From an uncultured Bifidobacteriaceae bacterium (lineage in GTDB: Bacteria > Acidobacteriota > Vicinamibacteria > Vicinamibacterales > JAENWD01): 64,000 bases of DNA. The notes under the pieces were generated by a model. That model was not told the origin of the DNA. It saw only the letters and a program-made list of their open reading frames with translations, and did no database searches. Of this stretch, positions 57,436 to 64,000 are shown one piece after another. Every line of letters starts with the position of its first letter. The first letter of the stretch is position 1. The position numbers and the translations under genes are program-made. The stretch is from the NCBI GenBank assembly GCA_964446605.1, contig CAYUPN010000001.1:71692-135691 (forward strand). Direction: 5' to 3'.

Positions 57436-58851
57436 TCAGAGCCCGTGCCGCTGGAGGCGGCGGTAGAGCGCGCTGCGGCTCAGGCCCAGCGCGCGCGCCG
57501 CGTGGCTCACGTTGCCGCCATAGCGGGCCAGCGCCTTGCGGATCAGGAACCCCTCGACCTCCTCGAGGCTCATGTCCTCGATGCGCGGCGCGGCGTCCCG
57601 GGAGCTCCGGAGGCCGAGGTCGCGCGGCTGAATCTGCGCCCCCTGCGCCATCAGGACCGCGCGCTCGACGGCGTGATCGAGCTCGCGGACGTTGCCCGGC
57701 CACGGATGGTCGAGCAGCAACTGCATGGCCGCGGCATCGAAGCCGTCGATGGCCTTGCGATAGCGGCGGACGTGCTGCGTCAGGAAGTGCCGCGCCAGCA
57801 GCGGGATGTCCTCGCGGCGATCCCGCAGCGGCGGCAGCGCGATCTCGATCGTGTTGAGGCGGAAGAGCAGGTCCTGCCGGAAGCGGCCGGCGGCCACGTC
57901 CGCCTGCAGGTCGGCGTTGGTCGCCGAGATGATCCGCACGTTCGCGCGGCGGGTCCGCGACGACCCGACGCGCTCGAACTCGCCGGTCTCGAGCACGCGC
58001 AGGAGCTTGGCCTGCAGGTTGGGGGAGAGGTTCGCGATCTCGTCGAGGAAGAGCGTGCCTCCTTCCGCCAGCTCGAACCGGCCCACGCGATCCGTCTTGG
58101 CGTCGGTGAACGCGCCCTTGACGTGCCCGAACAGCTCGCTCTCGAAGAGCCCTTCGGACAGCCCGCCGACGTTGACGGTCACCAGCGGACGGTTCGCCCG
58201 TGCCGAGACGGCGTGCAGCGCCTGCGCGACGGTCCCCTTGCCGGTCCCGTTGTCGCCGGTGACGAGCACGTTGGCGTCCGACGGCCCGACCCGCTCGATC
58301 AGCTCGAGCACCGGCCGCATGGCGGCCGACTCGGCGATCAGATTGGTGCGCGCCGCGCCCTGGTCCCGCAGCGCGCGGTTCTCGGCCTCGAGCCGCTGGC
58401 TGCGCCGCAGGGCCCGCGCCAGTTCCACCTGCGTGCGCACGACGGCGAGGACGCGCTCGTTGTCCCAGGGCTTCTGGATGAAGTCGCGCGCGCCGCGGCG
58501 CATGGCTTCGACCGCCAGGTCCACCGTGCCCCAGGCCGTCATCACGACGACGGGCATGCTGGCGTCGATGACCTGGAGCCGCGAGAGCAGCGAGAGACCT
58601 TCCTCACCGGACGTCGTGTCCCGCGTGTAGTTCAAATCGATGATGGCGGCGTCGAAGTCGCGCGCCTCCACCGCGGCGAGCACGGCGACCGGCGAGGCCG
58701 CCGTTTCGATGTCGCAGCCTTCCGCCTTCAGCAGCAGCCGCAGTGCCTGCAGCACGTCCGGCTGGTCGTCGGCGATCAGGATGCGGGCGCGCGCGAGCAC
58801 ATCGGGCGCAGCCGGCGCCCGCGGCGGAGCGGACGCGGAATCGGCGCTCAT
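57436..58851 (-). CDS. Sigma-54-dependent response regulator (NtrC family enhancer-binding protein)
   Basis: Terminal 471 codons of the composite ORF 57436..59151; ATG at 58851. It has a receiver domain (ILIADDQPDV...AAIIDLNY), an AAA+ domain (GDNGTGKG, ESELFGHVKGAFTDA, GTLFLDEI) and a C-terminal HTH (HAARALGLSRSALYRRL). Confidence 0.9.
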   Translation of the reverse strand: MSADSASAPPRAPAAPDVLARARILIADDQPDVLQALRLLLKAEGCDIETAASPVAVLAAVEARDFDAAIIDLNYTRDTTSGEEGLSLLSRLQVIDASMPVVVMTAWGTVDLAVEAMRRGARDFIQKPWDNERVLAVVRTQVELARALRRSQRLEAENRALRDQGAARTNLIAESAAMRPVLELIERVGPSDANVLVTGDNGTGKGTVAQALHAVSARANRPLVTVNVGGLSEGLFESELFGHVKGAFTDAKTDRVGRFELAEGGTLFLDEIANLSPNLQAKLLRVLETGEFERVGSSRTRRANVRIISATNADLQADVAAGRFRQDLLFRLNTIEIALPPLRDRREDIPLLARHFLTQHVRRYRKAIDGFDAAAMQLLLDHPWPGNVRELDHAVERAVLMAQGAQIQPRDLGLRSSRDAAPRIEDMSLEEVEGFLIRKALARYGGNVSHAARALGLSRSALYRRLQRHGL

Positions 58852-59525
58852 CAGTCGTTCACCAGCCAGCCGTCGCGCAGCCGGACGACCCGGCTGCCGT
58901 AGGAGGCGTTCGTCTCGGAGTGCGTGACCTGGATGATCGTCGTGCCGTCCTGGTTCAGGCGCTGGAACAGCTCCATGATCTCGCGCCCCTGCTCGGAGTG
59001 CAGGTTGCCGGTCGGTTCGTCCGCCAGGATGAGCGTCGGCCTGGCGATGAGCGCGCGGGCCACGGCGACCAGCTGCTGCTGCCCCCCGGACAGCTGCGAC
59101 GGGTAGAGATCCTTCTTCCCGACGATCTGGAACCGGTCGAGCATGTCGCACACCATGCTGTCCCGCTCCTTCTTCCGCACGTCGCGGTAGGAGAGCGGCA
59201 TTTCGAGGTTCTCGTAGACGGTCAGGTGATCGAGCAGGTGATAGGCCTGGAACACGAATCCGACGTGCCGCTTCTGCAGCTCGCCCCGGTCACGCTTGCC
59301 GAGCGCGTGCACCGGCTGGCCGTGCAGGAAGTACTCGCCGCTCCAGGCGCCGTCGTGCATGCCGAGGATGTGGAGCAGCGTCGACTTGCCGGCGCCGGAG
59401 GGCCCCATGATCGACACGAACTCGCCCTGCGCGAAATCGAGCGAGATCCGCCGGAGCACCCAGGTGCGCTGCAGACCGTGCTGATAGGACTTCTCGACGT
59501 TGTGGAGGCTGATGATCGGGTTCAT
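58851..59525 (-). CDS. ABC transporter ATP-binding protein, MacB/LolD-type, soluble (ATPase 2)
   Basis: 224 aa. Motifs: [48 protein letters not shown]. It has no TM region. Confidence 0.9.
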   Translation of the reverse strand: MNPIISLHNVEKSYQHGLQRTWVLRRISLDFAQGEFVSIMGPSGAGKSTLLHILGMHDGAWSGEYFLHGQPVHALGKRDRGELQKRHVGFVFQAYHLLDHLTVYENLEMPLSYRDVRKKERDSMVCDMLDRFQIVGKKDLYPSQLSGGQQQLVAVARALIARPTLILADEPTGNLHSEQGREIMELFQRLNQDGTTIIQVTHSETNASYGSRVVRLRDGWLVND

Positions 59526-59660
59526 CGTGCGGCATGGCCCTCGCGCCCGCCGCGGCGCGGCGGACGCGAACGCCTCAATGGTACAGGATGGCAGAGGCAG
59601 GCCGGGAGGAGCCGGTGACGGGTCGCGTGGCTCCCCGGTTCGCCTGCAGGCGCCGGCGGC

Positions 59661-60368
59661 TCAGACGACGCCTTCGATCACGTTCTCTTCGACGATCCGG
59701 CCGTCGAACAGATGGATGCTGCGATCGGCATGGCGGGCGTAGCGGGGATCGTGCGTGACCATCGCGATCGTCGCGCCGCCCCGATGCAGCTCCTGCAGCA
59801 GCCCCATCACCGCCTCGCCGTTCTTCGAATCGAGGTTCCCGGTCGGCTCGTCCGCGAGCAGGATGGACGGATTGCCCGCTACCGCGCGGGCCACCGCGAC
59901 GCGCTGCTGCTGGCCGCCCGAGAGCTGGCTGGGCAGGTGCCGCGCGCGGTGCGCCATCCCGACCTTCTCGAGCGCTTCCTCCACGCGCTGGCGCCGCTCC
60001 GCCGGGCGCATGCCGCGGTAGGTCAGCGGCAGCTCGACGTTCTCGTAGACGGTGAGATCGCCGATCAGGTTGAAGCTCTGGAAGATGAAGCCGATCTCCC
60101 GGTTCCGCGTCCGGGCGCGTTCCGAGGCCGTCAGGTTCGCCACGGCCCGCCCGTTCAGCATGTAGGCGCCCTCGGTCGGCGTGTCGAGCAGCCCGAGGAT
60201 CGACAGCAGCGTGGACTTGCCGCAACCCGAGGGGCCGGCGATGGCGATGTACTCGCCGTGGCGGATCTCGAGATGGATGCCGGAGAGCGCGTGGGTCTCG
60301 ACCTCGTCGGTGTAGAAGACCTTCGTGACGCCCTCGAGCCGGATCAGCACGTCTGACGGGGTGCTCAT
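59661..60368 (-). CDS. ABC transporter ATP-binding protein, MacB/LolD-type, soluble (ATPase 1)
   Basis: 235 aa. Motifs: [49 protein letters not shown]. It has no TM region. Confidence 0.9.
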   Translation of the reverse strand: MSTPSDVLIRLEGVTKVFYTDEVETHALSGIHLEIRHGEYIAIAGPSGCGKSTLLSILGLLDTPTEGAYMLNGRAVANLTASERARTRNREIGFIFQSFNLIGDLTVYENVELPLTYRGMRPAERRQRVEEALEKVGMAHRARHLPSQLSGGQQQRVAVARAVAGNPSILLADEPTGNLDSKNGEAVMGLLQELHRGGATIAMVTHDPRYARHADRSIHLFDGRIVEENVIEGVV

Positions 60369-60390
60369 GAACGCTCCTCGTGACTGGAAA

Positions 60391-61659
60391 CTACCGCAGA
60401 CGGACGCGATCGCGCCCGTCCCAGGCCGACATGTCCGACAGAATCACACAATCCCCCTCGGCGAGACCGGACAGAATCTCGACGTGGTTCACCGACATGC
60501 GTCCGAGCTGCACGGTCACGCGCTCGGCCTCGTCGGGCAGCTCGCACGTGCCGGCGGTGATCTTGAACAGGCTGATGGTGCCGTGCTCCTGGCCGAACGC
60601 GGGCCGGCCCAGATGGAGCACGTCGGTCAGCCGCTCGAGCTCGATCGTGCCGTCGACGCTCAGGTCGGGACGGGCCCCGCGCGGGAGCGGGCCCTCGAAC
60701 TTGACGTCGACCAGCACGGTGCCGTTCTGCGCCGCCGGGTCGATGCGCGACACGCGCCCCTCGACGACGCCGTTGCGCGTGTCGACGATCGCCAGCTGGC
60801 CGATCTCGATGTCCCTGGCCTGCGTCTCCGGAATGCGCAGCTCCGCCTTCAGCCGCCCGGGCACCGCCACGCGGCACAGATTCGCGCCGGCGGCCACGCG
60901 CTCGCCCACCTGCACCGGCACGACCTGGAGCACGCCCTCGATGCCCGCACGCACGCGCAGCGCCTCCGCCTGCGAGCGGCGCAGCTCGTAGAGGGCGCGC
61001 CGCTGGGCGACGCGCGCGTCCTCCGCGGCAAGCTGCGCCTCCGCCGAGCCGGCGCGGATCGCGAGCCGCTCCTGCTCGATGCGGTGCCGGTTGGCCAGCT
61101 CCTCGGCCTCGACGCGCGAGATGCGCGTGGTCACCGCCGACTGGAGCCCCTCGGCGAGCAGCTGCTCGTTGGCCTCGGCCGTGATCTTCGCCTGGTGATA
61201 GAGCGCCTGGATGTTGGCTGCCTGCGACTGCTGTTCGAGCAGCTCGTTCTTCAGCCGCACGCGGAGGCTCGCGAGATCGGCTTCCGCCGCTTTCAGGGCC
61301 AGCTCGGCATCGAGCAGCTCCTGCTGCACGCGGTTGTCGCTGAGCTCGAGGATCACGGTGTCCGCCTTCACCACCGCGCCGGGCAGCGTGACGATGCGCT
61401 CGACCGTGGCCTCGGTCTCGGCCGTGATCCAGCGGATGTCCTCGGGCACGAGCGTGCCGGGGCCGCGGACCTGGCGGAGCATCGGGCCGCGCTTGACCGC
61501 CTCCCGCCACGTCGTGCCGCGCTCGACGGTCGGCGCGGCCGGCTTCAGCTGCGCGAGCCCGACGGTGACGAGGACCGCCGCCACGAGGGCAAGCACGCTG
61601 AAGAGCACGCGCCGCATCTTCTTGCGGCGGGCGATGGCTGGTGAGCGTTGGATATCCAT
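60391..61659 (-). CDS. HlyD/MacA-family periplasmic adaptor (membrane fusion protein)
   Basis: 422 aa. It has an N-terminal TM anchor (VLFSVLALVAAVLVTVGLA), a lipoyl-like segment (VERIVTLPGAVVKADTVILEL), a long coiled-coil hairpin and a C-terminal beta-barrel region. Confidence 0.85.
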   Translation of the reverse strand: MDIQRSPAIARRKKMRRVLFSVLALVAAVLVTVGLAQLKPAAPTVERGTTWREAVKRGPMLRQVRGPGTLVPEDIRWITAETEATVERIVTLPGAVVKADTVILELSDNRVQQELLDAELALKAAEADLASLRVRLKNELLEQQSQAANIQALYHQAKITAEANEQLLAEGLQSAVTTRISRVEAEELANRHRIEQERLAIRAGSAEAQLAAEDARVAQRRALYELRRSQAEALRVRAGIEGVLQVVPVQVGERVAAGANLCRVAVPGRLKAELRIPETQARDIEIGQLAIVDTRNGVVEGRVSRIDPAAQNGTVLVDVKFEGPLPRGARPDLSVDGTIELERLTDVLHLGRPAFGQEHGTISLFKITAGTCELPDEAERVTVQLGRMSVNHVEILSGLAEGDCVILSDMSAWDGRDRVRLR

Positions 61660-61728
61660 GCTTTCGATCGACTCAGACTCGAGGAACCCGGAGCACCGGC
61701 CGCCGGGCCTGTCCCGCAGCGGAATACC

Positions 61729-61743
61729 TCAAGGTCCGTGCCA
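61729..61743 (-). promoter_or_regulatory. Sigma-54 (-24/-12)-like element, TGGCAC-N5-TTGA, upstream of the adaptor/ATPase/TCS operon
   Basis: The minus strand reads TGGCACggaccTTGAgg (plus strand tcaaggtccgtgcca). It lies ~70-85 nt upstream of the ATG at 61659. The -24 element is perfect; the -12 element is TTGA rather than TTGC. Confidence 0.35.
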
Positions 61744-61799
61744 CACGAGAGTGAAGACGTAAGTCGCGACGGGGAAGTTGCTTACGCCCGCCGGCGGCT

Positions 61800-61851
61800 C
61801 CGGATTTGGCGTGCGCCTGTCTGACGGTGGGATCGCACGTCCCATTTCCGG
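61800..61851. promoter_or_regulatory. Imperfect inverted repeat (CCGGAtttGGCGTGCG ... CGCACGtCCcatTTCCGG); either an enhancer/UAS for the sigma-54 activator or the terminator of the upstream tryptophanase-family gene
   Basis: The arms are at 61800-61815 and 61834-61851, separated by 18 nt. It lies ~60-110 nt upstream of the sigma-54-like element and 42 nt downstream of the stop at 61893. Confidence 0.3.
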
Positions 61852-61892
61852 ACAGCCCCGCCCGCCTCACGGCGTCCATGGCACGCCCGCGT

Positions 61893-63269
61893 TCACGCCG
61901 TGAGCGGCTCGAACCGCGCGGTGAAGTGCCGCAGCACCCGGGGGCCCTCGACGAGCCGGTAACCGCGCAGGTCGTGGCGCCGCCCGGCGACCGCCGCGAC
62001 GACTTCGGCGACGTAGTCGATGTGGGACTGCGTGTAGACGCGCCGGGGCAGCGCCAGGCGGACCAGATCCATCGAGGCCGGCGCCTCGGTCCCGTCGGGC
62101 CGCAGCCCGAACATCACCGTGCCGATCTCGACGCCCCGCACCCCGCCGGTCAGATAGAGCGCATTGACGAGCGCGATGCCCGGATACGCAAGCGGCGGGA
62201 TGTGCGGCAGCAGCGCGCGCGCATCGACGTAGATGGCATGCCCGCCGGCCGGCTGGAGAATCGGCACGCCGGACGCCAGGAGCTTGTCCGCCAGATATTC
62301 CGCGGACCGGATGCGGTACCGCAGGTAGGGAATCTCCACCACCTCCTGCAGGCCGCGCGCGATCGCCTCCAGATCATATCCCGCCAGGCCGCCGTAGGTC
62401 GGAAAGCCCTCCGTCAGGATCAGCAGCGTCCGGGCCTTCTCGAACCACGCGTCGTCGTTCAGGGCCAGGAAGCCGCCGATGTTGGCCAGGCCGTCCTTCT
62501 TCGCCGACATCGTGCACCCGTCGGCGAGCCCGAACAGCTCCTGCGCGATCGCCTTCGGCGTCTTCGACGCGTACCCCGGCTCGCGCTGCCGGATGAACCA
62601 GGCGTTCTCGGCGAAACGGCAGGCGTCCAGGAACAGCGGCTTGCCGTACCGGTCGCAGAGCGTGCGCACGCCGCGGAGGTTCTCGAGCGAAACCGGCTGG
62701 CCCCCGCCGGAGTTGTTGGTGACGGTGACCATCACCAGCGGCACCCGGTCCCCCTCCTCGGCCAGCGTGCGCTCGAGCGCGGCCAGGTCCATGTTCCCCT
62801 TGAAGGGATGGACGAGGCCGGGGACGCGTCCTTCCGGAATCACGAGGTCGCGCGCCTCGGCGCCTTCGACTTCGACGTTCGCGCGCGTCGTGTCGAAGTG
62901 GTTGTTGTTCGGGACGATGTCGCCGGGGCGGAGAATCGAGTGGAACAGGATGCGCTCGGCGGCGCGTCCCTGGTGCGTCGGGATGACGTGCCGGAACCCG
63001 GTCAGGTCGCGGACGACCTCCTGGAACCGGTAGAACGAGGGACTGCCGGCATACGACTCGTCCCCCTGCATCAGCGCGCCCCACTGGGCCGCCGACATCG
63101 CGCCGGTCCCCGAGTCCGTCAGCAGGTCGACGAGCACGTCGTCGGCGTGCAGCAGGAACACGTTCCAGCCGGCCGCTTCCAGCGCGCGGCGCCGCTCCGC
63201 TTCGTCGGTGAACCGCAGCGCCTCCACCGACTTGATCCGGAACGGCTCGATGATGGTCCTGAACGGCAT
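61893..63269 (-). CDS. Beta-eliminating lyase: tryptophanase / tyrosine phenol-lyase family
   Basis: 458 aa and colinear with TnaA/TPL. Motifs: [50 protein letters not shown] (PLP lysine), FPTYGGLAG. The substrate (Trp or Tyr) cannot be decided by eye. Confidence 0.88.
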   Translation of the reverse strand: MPFRTIIEPFRIKSVEALRFTDEAERRRALEAAGWNVFLLHADDVLVDLLTDSGTGAMSAAQWGALMQGDESYAGSPSFYRFQEVVRDLTGFRHVIPTHQGRAAERILFHSILRPGDIVPNNNHFDTTRANVEVEGAEARDLVIPEGRVPGLVHPFKGNMDLAALERTLAEEGDRVPLVMVTVTNNSGGGQPVSLENLRGVRTLCDRYGKPLFLDACRFAENAWFIRQREPGYASKTPKAIAQELFGLADGCTMSAKKDGLANIGGFLALNDDAWFEKARTLLILTEGFPTYGGLAGYDLEAIARGLQEVVEIPYLRYRIRSAEYLADKLLASGVPILQPAGGHAIYVDARALLPHIPPLAYPGIALVNALYLTGGVRGVEIGTVMFGLRPDGTEAPASMDLVRLALPRRVYTQSHIDYVAEVVAAVAGRRHDLRGYRLVEGPRVLRHFTARFEPLTA

Positions 63270-63297
63270 GGCGCTGTGGGGGCGGGCGGACGATCGT

Positions 63298-63852
63298 TCA
63301 GAACTTTCCGAGCTCTCCGCGCCGCAGCTTGCGGTACATGTCCAGCGCGTCCTGGACGATCCGGAACGCGTCGGCGGGGCCCATGAAGTCCTCGACCACC
63401 ACCTGCTTGTGCTCGAGCACCTTGTAATCCTCGAAGAACCGCCGGATCTCGCGCAGGATGTAGCCGGGCAGCTGCCCGTGGTCGGTGTAGTCGGCGAAGG
63501 CCGGGTCCCGCGTGTTGACCGCGATGATCTTGTCGTCGAGCCCCTTCTCGTCGCGCATCCGCATCACGCCGATGGCACGCGCGTCCATCATCGTGAGCGG
63601 CGTCACGGGCTCCTGGCCGAGCACGAGGACATCGAGCGGGTCGCCGTCTTCGCAGAACGTGCGTGGGATGAATCCGTAGTTGGCGGGATAGTGCACCGCG
63701 CTGTACAGTACGCGGTCGAGTCGCAGCAACCCCGTCTCCTTGTCCAGCTCGTATTTGTTCTTGCTCCCCATCGGGACTTCGATGACCACCGGGAACGCCG
63801 TCGCGATCAGGTGGTCGTCCACATAGATGTCATGCCACGCGTGCATTCCCAC
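63298..63852 (-). CDS. ppa: Inorganic pyrophosphatase (family I)
   Basis: 184 aa. Motifs: [38 protein letters not shown]. Confidence 0.93.
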   Translation of the reverse strand: MGMHAWHDIYVDDHLIATAFPVVIEVPMGSKNKYELDKETGLLRLDRVLYSAVHYPANYGFIPRTFCEDGDPLDVLVLGQEPVTPLTMMDARAIGVMRMRDEKGLDDKIIAVNTRDPAFADYTDHGQLPGYILREIRRFFEDYKVLEHKQVVVEDFMGPADAFRIVQDALDMYRKLRRGELGKF

Positions 63853-64000
63853 ATTCTAGTCGCTTCGCGCCGGGCCGCCGGCCTGGCGTGCGCGCTCGCG
63901 ATGGTTGCCGCCGCCCCGGCGCACGCGCAGCCCGCGACCCGCGGCGCCACGCTCGCGCCGGACCTCCGCACCTCGAGCCAGCAGCTCCAGGCCCTCGCCG
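63841..64000 (+). CDS. 5' end of a secreted protein (partial, runs off the window)
   Basis: My own translation from the GTG at 63841: (M)[28 protein letters not shown]|QPATRG..., a signal-peptide-like sequence with an AHA-Q cleavage motif. The start is uncertain, and it would overlap the divergent ppa start by 12 nt. Confidence 0.3.
   Translation, partial: MHSHILVASRRAAGLACALAMVAAAPAHAQPATRGATLAPDLRTSSQQLQALA

Noticed and set aside
63270-63297. A TnaC-like leader peptide or attenuator upstream of the tryptophanase-family gene.
   Set aside because: Only 28 nt separate it from the ppa stop. There is no room for a leader ORF or a rut/pause region, so the gene is probably co-transcribed with ppa.

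Overview
This is a very GC-rich bacterial chromosomal segment (about two-thirds G+C or more by eye, not computed). It is densely coded on both strands. A VWFA-related 'acidobacterial' domain protein and the general gene style suggest Acidobacteriota; that is an inference, and no database search was possible. All calls come from reading the supplied translations, plus my own translation of a few unlisted frames, for family motifs. Many long ORFs in the track are off-frame or antisense artefacts of the high GC. Several true genes start well inside the listed ORFs, and I give corrected starts for these.

Most of the content is housekeeping: serA, icd, mdh, arginase, trxA/trxB, mnmA plus a cysteine desulfurase, glpX, tsaC, hflX, pgsA, yicC-gmk-coaBC-UDG-priA, an IHF/HU protein, der, tRNA-Pro(GGG) and ppa. 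There is also a ~12 kb glycan/EPS locus at 29.6-41.3 kb. It encodes UDP-glucose dehydrogenase, UDP-xylose synthase, a priming phosphotransferase, six glycosyltransferases and an MsbA-like exporter.

Items most worth a second look:
1. An operon with a HlyD adaptor, two different soluble MacB/LolD-type ABC ATPases and a sigma-54 two-component system, but no permease gene. It is preceded by a sigma-54-like promoter and an inverted repeat.
2. A translationally adjacent pair: a nuclease-fold protein with a histone-H1-like tail, and a highly charged partner protein.
3. An orphan SPPY-type DNA methyltransferase preceded by a small Cys/His protein.
4. An orphan intrinsic terminator in a ~300-nt noncoding gap, which may mark an sRNA.
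5. A catalytically degenerate HD-GYP protein abutting the glycan locus.
6. An unlisted 47-aa highly basic ORF with a TTGACA promoter.

I found no CRISPR array, rRNA, transposase or integrase. I cannot say that any of these is a truly new system; they are hypotheses to test.
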